A stretch of DNA of 55,212 nt, taken from NCBI GenBank assembly GCA_021803215.1, contig JAJZLV010000074.1, forward strand, positions 1 to 55,212, read 5' to 3'. How positions within the stretch are numbered: position 1 is the stretch's first letter; every line of letters starts with the position of its first letter. A model generated the notes under the pieces. That model had not been told where the DNA came from, did not search any database, and saw nothing but the letters and a program-made list of their open reading frames with translations. Of the stretch, positions 35,825 through 44,885 are shown piece after piece. This stretch comes from Actinomycetes bacterium. Its GTDB lineage: Bacteria > Actinomycetota > Acidimicrobiia > Acidimicrobiales > Bog-793. The position numbers and the translations under genes were made by a program.

Positions 35825-36324
35825 TCGACTCGCTTTCGACCCGCCGGGCGGGCGAGCGGTCGCCAGATGGCCAAGCCGAGGAGGAGCCAGAGCGCGAAGA
35901 GCACCGCCCGTAGGCCCTGCCATCTCATCAGCTGGTCAGTGAGAGTGCTGAGCGAGGGGAGGACCGTGTCGTTGTGGCCCGCCAGGATGCTGGCGGCCTC
36001 GAGCAGGCTGACGAAGACGAGCAGGGCGAGCCAGGGCCAGAAGGCTCGCGGCTCGGATCGGGCGGCCGGCCGGCCGGCCGTGGCGAAAGCGACGAGACCG
36101 AGAGAGATCGGGAGCCCGACAGCCAGGTAGGCAGGCCAGCTGAAGGGGTGGGTGCCGGCCGACCACCAGCAGTAGGCCGCCAGGGCGAGAAGCCCGGCGA
36201 GGTCAAGGGCCCGGCGGCCCGGTCTCTCAGGACGGGACGCCCCCGCCCCCGCCTGGCCGGTCATCTCTGGGCCGGTCATCTCTGGGCCGGTCATCTCTGG
36301 GCCGGTCATCTCTGGGCCGGTCAT
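35821..36324 (-). CDS. integral membrane protein with N-terminal (MTGPE)x5 repeat
   Basis: There are four hydrophobic segments (LAGLLALAAYCWW.., YLAVGLPISLGLVAFA.., WPWLALLVFVSLLEAASIL.., AVLFALWLLLGLAIW). The ATG at 36324 overlaps the yjbQ-like stop (ATGA). Four more in-frame ATGs lie at 36309, 36294, 36279 and 36264. Confidence 0.65.
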   Translation of the reverse strand: MTGPEMTGPEMTGPEMTGPEMTGQAGAGASRPERPGRRALDLAGLLALAAYCWWSAGTHPFSWPAYLAVGLPISLGLVAFATAGRPAARSEPRAFWPWLALLVFVSLLEAASILAGHNDTVLPSLSTLTDQLMRWQGLRAVLFALWLLLGLAIWRPLARPAGRKRVE

Positions 36325-36334
36325 CTCTGGGCCG
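36255..36334 (-). repeat. perfect 15-nt tandem repeat x5 (+5 nt), unit ggccggtcatctctg (minus sense ATGACCGGCCCAGAG = M-T-G-P-E)
   Basis: Identical units read at 36255-69, 36270-84, 36285-99, 36300-14 and 36315-29, followed by a partial ggccg. Confidence 0.95.
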
Positions 36335-36728
36335 CGAGGAAGCTGAGCTGGAGGCGGCGGCGCCGGTTGTCCCTGTTCGGGTCGATGAGGACGATCCTTT
36401 GCCAGGTGCCGAGGCGGAGCTCGCCGCCGAGCACCGAGACCACGAGCGAGGGTGAGACGAAGAGCGGCAGCAGGTGGTCGGCGCCATGGCCGGGGCGGCC
36501 GTGGCGATGGCGGTAGTCGGCCGTTCGCGGGAGGAGCCTTTCCACGGCAGCCGCCAGGTCGTGCTCGCTGCCCGAGCCGGTCTCCATGAGCCCGAGCCCG
36601 GCGGTGGCATGCGGCGTGAACAGATGCAAGAGGCCGTCGCCTCGCCCGAGGGCGAGCTCTGCGGCGTGGGCCGTCACGTCGGTCACGAGGAGCTCCCCGG
36701 TCTCGAGCTCTATCTCGCGAGTCTCCAC
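36321..36728 (-). CDS. YjbQ/UPF0047 family protein (secondary thiamine-phosphate synthase-like)
   Basis: The sequence METREIELETGELLVTDVT..LLHLFTPHATAGL..GHGADHL..LGTWQRIVLID is the UPF0047 pattern. Confidence 0.8.
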   Translation of the reverse strand: METREIELETGELLVTDVTAHAAELALGRGDGLLHLFTPHATAGLGLMETGSGSEHDLAAAVERLLPRTADYRHRHGRPGHGADHLLPLFVSPSLVVSVLGGELRLGTWQRIVLIDPNRDNRRRRLQLSFLAAQR

Positions 36729-36737
36729 CGCCTGACT

Positions 36738-37676
36738 CTAAGCCCCGCGGTCAGCCGGCGCGGGCCGTCTCCCGGGCGGCAGGACCTCGAAGAGCCTGGG
36801 CTCGTTCGGCCGCTCGCCCGGTTCCTCTCGGGCCTCGAGGGCGGCCGCCTGACGGCGCTGCTCCAGCACGGCGTTCAGCTGGGCGCCGAGAAGGGTGATT
36901 ACTGCCTGCAGGTAGAACCACCAAAGGATCGTGATGACGGTGGCGAAGTGACCGTAGGTGGCCTGGGCGTGGTGGAGGCGGTTCGAGATGATGAACGAGG
37001 AGACCTGCTCGAGGAGCCAAAAGGCGACCCCTGACAGCAAGGCGCCCGGCAGCACGTCGCGATAGGAGAGCTTCCGGTCGGTCAGCATGCGGAAGGCGAC
37101 GAGGAAGAGCCCGATGTCGAGGGCGGCCGCCAGCAGGTAGCCCCCGATCCGGCCACCGAGGCCGAGGGCGGCGCCGGTCGACTGGCCGGTGACGAAGCCG
37201 CTCACGACCGTCGAGAGCACGAGCCCGAGGCCGATGGTCAAAAGAGCCAGCAGGGATCGCCGCAGCTGCTCCACCAGCTTCGGGCGCTCGGCGCCGTTGA
37301 GCCCCCAGACCGTGTTGAAGGCGAACTGGGTGCTGCGCATCACCGCCGTCCCGCTCCAAAGGGCCGTGGCGGCACCGAGGACTACAGACCAGAGGCTGCC
37401 ATCCAGGCGGCCGACGGTGCTCGGGTCGAGCAGCGGGAAGAGAGCGGCCACGTGATGGAGCACGCTCGCCTTCACCGACCGGGGCAGCACGTAGCCGAGG
37501 ATCGAGACGAGGAGCAAGAAGAGCGGGAAGACCGAGAAGAAGGCCCAGAAGGCCATCATGGCCGCGTAGCGGGTCGAACGGTCTCGCTGGAACTTCCGCA
37601 ACACTGCGACGAGCAGGCCGCGCCCGGGCGCTAGCGCGCCGTCGTGCCCGTGCTCGCTGGGCTTGGACTCCGCCAC
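36738..37676 (-). CDS. YihY/BrkB (virulence factor BrkB / 'RNase BN'-annotated) family membrane protein
   Basis: The sequence ..RYAAMMAFWAFFSVFPLFLLLVSILGY.. belongs to a multi-TM protein, with ..ATYGHFATVITILWWFYLQAVITLLGAQLNAV typical of the YihY C-terminal region. Confidence 0.85.
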   Translation of the reverse strand: MAESKPSEHGHDGALAPGRGLLVAVLRKFQRDRSTRYAAMMAFWAFFSVFPLFLLLVSILGYVLPRSVKASVLHHVAALFPLLDPSTVGRLDGSLWSVVLGAATALWSGTAVMRSTQFAFNTVWGLNGAERPKLVEQLRRSLLALLTIGLGLVLSTVVSGFVTGQSTGAALGLGGRIGGYLLAAALDIGLFLVAFRMLTDRKLSYRDVLPGALLSGVAFWLLEQVSSFIISNRLHHAQATYGHFATVITILWWFYLQAVITLLGAQLNAVLEQRRQAAALEAREEPGERPNEPRLFEVLPPGRRPAPADRGA

Positions 37677-37987
37677 TCTCCGCCTCCTTCGATGGCCGGG
37701 ATCGCAGCCGGACGGCCGCTAGGGTGCTTTCCCCACTCTTGCCTGCCGGGAACGTCGTGTCACCGTTACGACTGAGGTGGCTCACAGTTGCGCCCATCAG
37801 GTTCGCGCCCGGGAAGCTGACGAGCCGCCCTCCTGCTGACCGCTGCACGACCGGCCAGGGCACGCCGGCCAATGAGGCGTGCCGCAGCCTGATCCACCGA
37901 CACCTCGAGGAACCGACCGGGCTCAGCCTCCCCCCAAGTGCCCGGAGAAGTCTTCCAGCGCGCCGCACCGAGATGCCGTTCGCTCAC

Positions 37988-38029
37988 CAGCTGCGGCCCA
38001 CCGATGCGCCAGCTGTGGCCCACCGATGC
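37988..38029. promoter_or_regulatory. 20-nt direct repeat x2 with 22-bp periodicity (candidate transcription-factor site)
   Basis: The two copies are cagctgCggcccaccgatgc (37988-38007) and cagctgTggcccaccgatgc (38010-38029), 19/20 identical. They lie about 115 bp upstream of the 38144 start. Confidence 0.35.
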
Positions 38030-38143
38030 AATAGCAGTCAGCGACTCGTTTGCCTCCCGATCGGCCTGGGTAGGGGCCCTTCGCGGTGCAGGCCCGTCGG
38101 CGGTCCTGTCCTGAGCCGGTGCCGGGGGTGAAAGGAGCATGAC

Positions 38144-38659
38144 GTGAGCCTTCTAGAGAGGAACTCTGCCCGGCGCGACCTCCCAGCGCTTTTGGCGGGG
38201 GAGGCGGCGAGCAAGGCCGCTCGGGTCGGGGCTGAGATCGGTCAGAGGGCCGAGCAGCTGGCCGAGACGGCTGCCGGCTCGGTGAGCGATCTCGCCCACA
38301 AGACGATCGGCTCGGCCGAGCAGGTGCTGCGCCGGGCGCCCGAGAGCCTTCGTCACCAGGTCGGAGCCGGCACCCAGATCATGACAAAGCTCCCGCGACG
38401 CCCCGCGGTGAGAGGCAGGCCGGCCGCGGGCCGGCGCCCTGCTGGGCGCCGGCTGCTGGCGGCTCTGGCAGCCGTGGTTGCCCTCTCCTTCCTGGTCTCG
38501 ATGGCGATGCGGCTCGCTCGCAAGAAGAAGCGCCAGAGCCAGCTCGCCCCGGTGGATGATCTCCTCGAGCGGCCCGCGGTCGACGACAGCCCACCGCCAG
38601 ACGAGGCGGTGGAGGAGAAGAGCACCGCAGTCGCGAGAGACAGCGCCGACAGGCGCTGA
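38144..38659 (+). CDS. hypothetical membrane-anchored protein
   Basis: The GTG start is preceded by AAAGGAG (38131-38137). The N-terminal half is helical and Ala/Glu-rich. A basic stretch (RRPAVRGRPAAGRRPAGRR) is followed by one TM helix (LLAALAAVVALSFLVSMAM) and an acidic tail. I recognise no family. Confidence 0.5.
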   Translation: MSLLERNSARRDLPALLAGEAASKAARVGAEIGQRAEQLAETAAGSVSDLAHKTIGSAEQVLRRAPESLRHQVGAGTQIMTKLPRRPAVRGRPAAGRRPAGRRLLAALAAVVALSFLVSMAMRLARKKKRQSQLAPVDDLLERPAVDDSPPPDEAVEEKSTAVARDSADRR

Positions 38660-39255
38660 GAGCGACCCGCGAGCCTGCAGCCGGGCACAGAGCCGGTGAG
38701 CAGCTCCACCGTCTCTCGACGAGACAGGTCGTAGCGAACTCCGCCTTTTCGAGCACCACCCCAAGGCGACTCTGGGCGGCCAGGGCGGGCTCTGGGTGCT
38801 CGACGCCGAAAGGGCCCAGGCGGTCCGGTCCCGGTGCTCGAGCACGATCGTCGCCGCCATCGGCTCCGCAGAGGCCGAGCAGCTTGCTGCGGGGTCAGTC
38901 GAGGCCAGAGCCGACCTCGGCCGGCGTCGATCCGTCGGCTGTCGCTTGCAGCCTGAGCCTGGCCACCTGGCGGCCAAGTCCCGCCCGTTTTCTCCCCGGG
39001 GAGACCCGGCCTGGACGCTCGTCGAGAAGGAGCTCCCGACGCTGAGCTACGGGCCAAGACTCACAGGAGCCCGGCGTGGAGCGGGCGGGTGGCGCTCTGG
39101 CGGCTCACACCGCTTCCTCGCCCGCTCGGCCAGCCTCCCAGGCTCTCTCGTTCCGAGAGGGCTGCCAACGGTGCGACCCGGTCGAACGAGACAGGATCAC
39201 CCAGCTCGCTCGAGGGTAGGAAGCCCTCGCCGAGGGCTCCTGGAGTCGCCTCAGC

Positions 39256-39269
39256 TGTAAGCGCTTTCA
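39256..39269. promoter_or_regulatory. LacI-family operator-like palindrome, distal (TGTAAGCGCTTTCA)
   Basis: 13 of 14 positions match the perfect palindrome found 177 bp downstream. Confidence 0.5.
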
Positions 39270-39386
39270 CCGCTGCAAGCCTGCAAGCAGGGGCTTGGTG
39301 CCGGCCGTCGGCTCGGCCGTGCTCGACGCCCCTTGTTCTCGCTTGCTCGGCGACATCGGCGGGATGTTCTTGTTGCAAGAGAAGCG

Positions 39387-39415
39387 TTGACGTGGCCGAG
39401 GCTCGTGCGTATAGT
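39387..39415 (+). promoter_or_regulatory. sigma-70/SigA-type promoter: -35 TTGACG, 17-nt spacer, -10 TATAGT
   Basis: TTGACG is at 39387-39392 and TATAGT at 39410-39415, with an exact 17-nt spacer. The promoter is 68 nt upstream of the lacI-family GTG. Confidence 0.6.
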
Positions 39416-39432
39416 CCCCGGCATCAGATCTC

Positions 39433-39446
39433 TGTAAGCGCTTACA
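39433..39446. promoter_or_regulatory. LacI-family operator, perfect 14-bp palindrome TGTAAGCGCTTACA just downstream of the predicted TSS
   Basis: The palindrome is perfect with a central CG, matching the TGnAAnCGnTTnCA LacI/CcpA-type operator consensus. It sits 18 nt after the -10 element. Confidence 0.65.
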
Positions 39447-39482
39447 GCGCGAAGCAGGGCCGGGGGAGGGAGGGGGTCGTCG

Positions 39483-40595
39483 GTGGCGCTCGAGAAGACA
39501 GCCGATGGCGTCCCGACCATCTATCACGTAGCGCAGCGCGCCGGCGTCTCGATCGCGACGGTGAGCCGGGTGCTGAACGGCCACGAGCAGATCCGTCCGG
39601 AGACCGAGGAGAAGGTCCTGAGCGCAGTCCGAGAGCTCGGCTTCGTCCCGAATGCCTCCGCCCAGGGTCTCTCGAAGGGGCTGAAGCGGATCATAGGCCT
39701 CGTCTTCGCCAACTCCTGGTGGGAGGAGGATCCGCAGTCGGTCGAGGAGAACAGCCTTCTCTTCGCTGACGAGCTGATCCGCGGGGCCCAGGTGGCGGCC
39801 GACCGGCACGCCTATTCACTCTTGCTCTTGAGCTCCGGCGTCACCCATCGGGGGCACGCCTTCTCCGACGTCTTCGGCAAGGTGGACGCCCTCGTTCTGC
39901 TCGACCGGGTGGTGCGCCAGGAGCGAGTCGGCCCGATAGCCAAGCGGGTTCCGGTCGTGCTGCTGGCGGGCAGCGGGCGCTCCCGCTCGGCCACGACGAT
40001 CCGGGTGGACAACGCCGGCGGGATGCAGGCGCTGGCCGAGCATCTCGTGGTGGTGCACGAGATGAGGCGCACCGCCTTTCTCGGAGGCCTGGTCGACAGC
40101 CCCGACAACGACGCCCGGCTGGCGGCCTTCCAGCAGGCGGTCTTCGACCTCGGCGGGAGCTGCGAGATCGACGAGGCCCTCTCGGCCGACTGGACCTCCT
40201 CTGGAGCGGTGGCGGCCGTCGGCCGGCGGCTGCGGAAGCGGAGGCGCCTGCCCGAGGTCATCGCCTGTGCCAACGACCAGATGGCCATCGGGGCCATGCA
40301 CGCCCTCGCCATGGCCGGTCTCCGGGTGCCAGAGGATGTCGCGGTGGTCGGCTTCGACGACATCCCGGTGGCCAGGTACCTGCGCCCCCCGCTCACGACG
40401 GTTCGCCAGCCGATCCGCCAGCTGGGAGCGGCGGCGGTCGACTCGCTCGTCCTGCGCCTGCAGGGGCACGAGCCGGCCCGCGACGTCGTGCTGCCGACCG
40501 AGCTCGTCGTGCGGGGAAGCTGCGGCTGCCCGGCGGTGCCCGACCTCGGCCTCGGGAACGGGAACGGGAGCACGCCCAGGGGGGAGAGGGCGTGA
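39483..40595 (+). CDS. LacI family transcriptional regulator
   Basis: The HTH reads TIYHVAQRAGVSIATVSRVLNG, followed by a periplasmic-binding-protein-like sugar-binding core (..ACANDQMAIGAMHAL..VVGFDDIP..LTTVRQP). The stop overlaps the permease GTG (GTGA). Confidence 0.9.
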   Translation: MALEKTADGVPTIYHVAQRAGVSIATVSRVLNGHEQIRPETEEKVLSAVRELGFVPNASAQGLSKGLKRIIGLVFANSWWEEDPQSVEENSLLFADELIRGAQVAADRHAYSLLLLSSGVTHRGHAFSDVFGKVDALVLLDRVVRQERVGPIAKRVPVVLLAGSGRSRSATTIRVDNAGGMQALAEHLVVVHEMRRTAFLGGLVDSPDNDARLAAFQQAVFDLGGSCEIDEALSADWTSSGAVAAVGRRLRKRRRLPEVIACANDQMAIGAMHALAMAGLRVPEDVAVVGFDDIPVARYLRPPLTTVRQPIRQLGAAAVDSLVLRLQGHEPARDVVLPTELVVRGSCGCPAVPDLGLGNGNGSTPRGERA

Positions 40596-41566
40596 CGACG
40601 CTCGCCCGGCGGCTCGGTGTCTACCTTCTGACCGCCTGGGTGGCGATCACCGTCAACTTCCTCCTCCCCCGGATGATGCCCGGCAACCCGGTCAGGATCC
40701 TTATCGGCAAGATCCACGGGCGGGTCACCCCCCAGATGGTCCGCGCCATCGAGGAGCAGTTCGGCGTCGGGCTCCACCAGGGGCTCTGGTCCCAGTACCT
40801 CCACTACTGGGACCAGCTGTTCCACCTGAACCTCGGGGTCTCGATCGCCCTCTCGGCGCCCGTCTCCTCTGTGCTCAAGCAGACCGTTCCCTGGACGGTC
40901 GGCCTCATCGGCGCCTCGACGGTCCTGAGCTTCCTCCTCGGCACCTTCGTCGGCACCTATCTCGGCTGGCGCCGCGGCACGGTCTTCGACGCCGTGTTGC
41001 CGGTGGCCACCTTCTTCCAGGCTGTGCCCTACTTCTTCTTCGGCACCGTGCTCCTGCTCGTCTTCGCAAGCCATCTCCGCTGGTTCCCCGAGCTCGGCGC
41101 CTACAACGAGGCGCTCACCCCCCACTGGCACTGGGCCTTCGTAGCGAGCGTCCTGCGCTACGGCCAGCTCCCTGCCATCACGGTCATCGTGAGCTCCGTC
41201 GCAGGCTGGATCATGGGCATGCGCAACATGATGGTGACGACCGTGGCGGAGGACTTCGTCCTCATGGCGGTCGCCAAGGGCCTCCCCAAGCGCAAGGTGG
41301 TGGCCTACGCCGCCAGGAACGCCGTGCTCCCGAGCATCTCGAACTTCTCCCTCGCCATGGGGCTGCTCGTATCCGGTGCGCTCCTCGTCGAGCTCGTCTT
41401 CAACTACCCGGGGGTCGGCGACCTCCTCCTCACGGCGGTGCAGAACGAGGACTATCCGCTCTTGCAGGGGATCTTCCTCGTCATCACCTTCACGGTGCTC
41501 TCGGCAAATCTGATCGCGGACGTCGTCTACATGGCGCTCGATCCACGCATCAGAAGGGAGGCCTGA
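40592..41566 (+). CDS. ABC transporter permease (Opp/Dpp family, DppB-like)
   Basis: The N-terminus LARRLGVYLLTAWVAITVNFLLPRMMPGNP is typical. The protein has 6 TM helices and ends ..DVVYMALDPRIR. Confidence 0.88.
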   Translation: MTTLARRLGVYLLTAWVAITVNFLLPRMMPGNPVRILIGKIHGRVTPQMVRAIEEQFGVGLHQGLWSQYLHYWDQLFHLNLGVSIALSAPVSSVLKQTVPWTVGLIGASTVLSFLLGTFVGTYLGWRRGTVFDAVLPVATFFQAVPYFFFGTVLLLVFASHLRWFPELGAYNEALTPHWHWAFVASVLRYGQLPAITVIVSSVAGWIMGMRNMMVTTVAEDFVLMAVAKGLPKRKVVAYAARNAVLPSISNFSLAMGLLVSGALLVELVFNYPGVGDLLLTAVQNEDYPLLQGIFLVITFTVLSANLIADVVYMALDPRIRREA

Positions 41567-41567
41567 G

Positions 41568-42587
41568 GTGGCCTCGACCACGGCAGCCGCGGCGCCCCAG
41601 CTTCCCGGCACCCTCGAGGGCCAGCTGGGAAAGAGCCCGGCACGGAGGCGCCCGAGGCGCCGCCGGGTGCTCGCCCTGCCCCGGTCCGGCAAGGTCGTCC
41701 TCGGGCTCGTCATCCTCGGCGCCTTCGTGGTTCTGGCGATCGTCGGACCCTACGTGGCGCCCTACAACCCGAGCTCGACGAACTTCACGCCCGGGCTCCA
41801 CCCCGACGCCGCCCACTGGTTCGGCACCACCTTGCTCGGACAAGACGTCCTCTCGCAGGTGCTGGTCGGCGCCCGGCCGACCCTCGTCGTCGGCTTCGTG
41901 GCGGGAGCCATCGCCACGGGGCTCTCGATGGTGATCGGGGTGACTGCCGGCTACATCGGCGGCGCCACCGACGAGGGCCTCTCGCTCGCCTCGAACGTCT
42001 TCCTCGCCATCCCCGGGCTGCCCCTTCTCATCGTGATCGACACCTACCTGCCCCAGGGCGCCCGTTCGAACACGATCCTGATCGGCGCCGTCATAGCCCT
42101 CACAGGCTGGGCCTGGGGGGCGAGGGTGCTGCGGGCGCTCACGCTCTCGCTCCGCAACCGAGACTTCGTCGAGGCCTCCCGCATCATCGGCGAGAGCCGC
42201 TGGCGGATCATCTTCGTCGAGGTGGTGCCGAACCTCTTGGCGGTGCTCGCCTCGTCGTTCCTGTTCACGCTCCTCTACTCGATCGGGACCTACGTCGCCC
42301 TCGCCTACATCGGCGTGACGGACACCGCCCAATGGAACTGGGGGTCGATGCTCTACTGGGCGCAGGCCAACAATGCCGCCACGGGCAACCAGTGGTGGTG
42401 GTTCCTGCCGCCCGGCCTTTGCATCGCCCTCGTCGGGATGGGGCTGGCCCTTCTCAACTTCGGGATCGACGAGTTCATCAACCCGCGCCTGCGAGCCGCC
42501 GGCGTCACGGGCCGCTCCCGCCGGAAGGTCAAGCTCTCGAACCGGCCCCGTCTCGGTCTCACCCCCGTCGTCGAGGCGCCGCGATGA
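41568..42587 (+). CDS. ABC transporter permease (Opp/Dpp family, DppC-like)
   Basis: Motifs include ..HWFGTTLLGQDVLSQV.., EASRIIGES and ..IDEFINPRLR. Confidence 0.88.
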   Translation: MASTTAAAAPQLPGTLEGQLGKSPARRRPRRRRVLALPRSGKVVLGLVILGAFVVLAIVGPYVAPYNPSSTNFTPGLHPDAAHWFGTTLLGQDVLSQVLVGARPTLVVGFVAGAIATGLSMVIGVTAGYIGGATDEGLSLASNVFLAIPGLPLLIVIDTYLPQGARSNTILIGAVIALTGWAWGARVLRALTLSLRNRDFVEASRIIGESRWRIIFVEVVPNLLAVLASSFLFTLLYSIGTYVALAYIGVTDTAQWNWGSMLYWAQANNAATGNQWWWFLPPGLCIALVGMGLALLNFGIDEFINPRLRAAGVTGRSRRKVKLSNRPRLGLTPVVEAPR

Positions 42588-43675
42588 GCGACTCGCTCCG
42601 CCCGGCACCGGCGGCCGCCGACCCGAGCCCGAACGCGAGCCCGCAGCCGCTCTCGGAGGGTGCCGAGGAGCCGGTGCTCGAGATCCGCCGGCTCTCGATC
42701 GACTACGGACTGGGCCCGGGGGCCCTGCACGCCGTCGTCGCCGCCGACCTCACCTTGCGTCGCCGGCAGGTGCTCGGGCTGGCGGGGGAGAGCGGCTCGG
42801 GCAAGTCGACCCTCGCCTACGGCGCCACGAGACTTCTGCGCGAGCCGGGTGTCGTCGCCGGGGGGGAGGTTCTGCTCAATCCCCGGGAGGGAGCCCCGAC
42901 CGATCTCTTGGCGGCGAGCGAGCGCCAGCTGCGGGCGATCCGGTGGTCCGAGATATCCATGGTCCTCCAGAGCGCCCTCAACGCCTTGAACCCGGTGGTG
43001 CGCATCGGCAAGGAGTTCGACGACATCTTGCGGGCCCACAGCCGGCTCTCTCGAAAGGCGCGTCGCCGGAGGGCCGGCGAGCTGCTCGAGATGGTCGGCA
43101 TCCACCCGAGCAGGCTCTCGGACCATCCTCACCAGCTATCGGGCGGCCAGCGCCAGCGGGTCATGATCGCCCTCGCCCTCGCCCTCGAGCCGCAGGTCGT
43201 CATCATGGACGAGCCGACGACGGCCCTCGACGTCGTCACCCAGCGGGAGATCATCGAGGAGCTCATCGAGCTGCGCGACCGGCTCGGCTTCGCCCTGCTT
43301 TTCATCACCCATGACCTCTCGCTCCTCATAGAGCTGGCGGACGAGATCGCGGTCATGTATGCGGGGCGCATCGTCGAGCGGGCGCCGGCCGAGGAGCTCT
43401 ACCGCTCGCCGAGGCATCCCTACACCTACGGGCTGCTCCACTCCTTCCCGCCGCTTCACGGCGAGGTTCCGCCGATGACCGGCATCCCGGGCTCTCCCCC
43501 CGACCTCGCCTCGATCCCCGCCGGCTGCGCCTTCCATCCCCGCTGCCCCTACGCCATGGATCGCTGCACCCGAGCCGTGCCCGCCCTCGATCTCCTCGAG
43601 GGGCAGGGACGCCAGGTCGCCTGCTTCCTCCACGACGGCCAAGCAGCGGTCCCGAGCGAGCTGGCCCTCTCGTGA
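42584..43675 (+). CDS. ABC transporter ATP-binding protein (DppD/OppD-like)
   Basis: Walker A is GESGSGKST, the signature is LSGGQRQR, and Walker B is [12 protein letters not shown]. The C-terminal oligopeptide-type extension has [14 protein letters not shown]. The ATG at 42584 overlaps the upstream stop (ATGA). Confidence 0.9.
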   Translation: MSDSLRPAPAAADPSPNASPQPLSEGAEEPVLEIRRLSIDYGLGPGALHAVVAADLTLRRRQVLGLAGESGSGKSTLAYGATRLLREPGVVAGGEVLLNPREGAPTDLLAASERQLRAIRWSEISMVLQSALNALNPVVRIGKEFDDILRAHSRLSRKARRRRAGELLEMVGIHPSRLSDHPHQLSGGQRQRVMIALALALEPQVVIMDEPTTALDVVTQREIIEELIELRDRLGFALLFITHDLSLLIELADEIAVMYAGRIVERAPAEELYRSPRHPYTYGLLHSFPPLHGEVPPMTGIPGSPPDLASIPAGCAFHPRCPYAMDRCTRAVPALDLLEGQGRQVACFLHDGQAAVPSELALS

Positions 43676-44742
43676 GCGCCTCCCCGATGCTCGAAGGCAG
43701 GTCGCTCACCAAGCACTTCTCCGTCCGCCAGGGACAGAGCATCCTCTCGCGACGCCAGCGGCTGCACGCCGTCGACGACGTGTCGATCTCCCTTTACGCC
43801 GGCCGGGTGACGGCCGTGGTCGGGGAGAGCGGCTCGGGCAAGTCCGTCCTCGCCCGCATGCTGGCGCGGATCGTGACTCCGACCTCGGGCCAACTGTTCC
43901 TGCAGGGCGAGCAGATGCCGATCGGCCAGGCGGGTCGCCGCAGCTACGCCTCCGACGTGCAGCTCGTCCTGCAGGATCCCTTCGCGTCCATGAACCCGGT
44001 GCACACGGTGCGTCACCATCTCGCCCGCCCGCTCATGATCCACAAGAGGGCGGGCGAGGAGATCGACGAGACGCTCGCCGACCTGCTCCGTCGGGTCGCC
44101 CTGCAACCCCCGAGCCGGTTCCTCGACCGCTACCCCCACGAGCTCTCCGGCGGGCAGCTGCAAAGGGTCTCCTTCGCCCGGGCCCTGGCGGTCGGCCCGA
44201 AGGTGATCCTGGCGGACGAGCCGGTGTCGATGCTCGACGTCTCGATCCGGCTCGGGCTGCTCAACTTGCTCGCCGATCTGCGCGACAGGGAGAGCCTGGC
44301 CATCCTCTACATCACCCACGACATCGCCTCGGCCCGCTACCTGGCCGACGACGCCGTGGTCATGTATGCCGGCAACGTGGTGGAGCGAGCCCCGGCCCTC
44401 CGGCTGACCGACGCCCCGGCCCATCCCTACACAGAGCTGCTCCTCTCGGCCGCCCCCGATCCGGCCCGGGCCGAGCCGGTTCCACTCGTGACGAGAGGCA
44501 CCCCGCCGAGGCTCGTCTCGCCCCCGCCGGGTTGCCGCTTCCACCCCCGCTGCCCGCACGCCATGGAGCTCTGCAGGACCACGCCCCCGCCCACCGTCGA
44601 GGTGGAGCAGCAGCACCAAGCCGCCTGCTGGTTGCACGTGCCTGCCGGGGCGCGCCAGGCCGTCCAGCCGGCCGGAGGCGAGCTCCGGCCTTCGAGAAGC
44701 CCCGACGCGAGAAAGGAGACCGCCCGTAGCAAACAAAGCTGA
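43672..44742 (+). CDS. ABC transporter ATP-binding protein (DppF/OppF-like)
   Basis: Walker A is GESGSGKSV, the signature is LSGGQLQR, and Walker B is [25 protein letters not shown] is also present. The GTG overlaps the upstream stop. Confidence 0.9.
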   Translation: MSASPMLEGRSLTKHFSVRQGQSILSRRQRLHAVDDVSISLYAGRVTAVVGESGSGKSVLARMLARIVTPTSGQLFLQGEQMPIGQAGRRSYASDVQLVLQDPFASMNPVHTVRHHLARPLMIHKRAGEEIDETLADLLRRVALQPPSRFLDRYPHELSGGQLQRVSFARALAVGPKVILADEPVSMLDVSIRLGLLNLLADLRDRESLAILYITHDIASARYLADDAVVMYAGNVVERAPALRLTDAPAHPYTELLLSAAPDPARAEPVPLVTRGTPPRLVSPPPGCRFHPRCPHAMELCRTTPPPTVEVEQQHQAACWLHVPAGARQAVQPAGGELRPSRSPDARKETARSKQS

Positions 44743-44885
44743 GGGCGACAGCCAGTGCCCTTGGCGCTGACGCAGGCAGAAGGGCGAAAGTGCCCGACCG
44801 GCCTGGCGCCCATGCCGTTTGGAGAACCTCACGAGTTCCAGCAGGTCGGCGACAGCGCCGGCCGGACACACATGGAGGATACAAA

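Noticed and set aside
36255-36334. CRISPR-like or minisatellite non-coding array
   Set aside because: The units are contiguous with no spacers and are only 15 nt long. They are in frame with the downstream membrane-protein ORF, and no cas genes are present. The array is classified as a coding tandem repeat.
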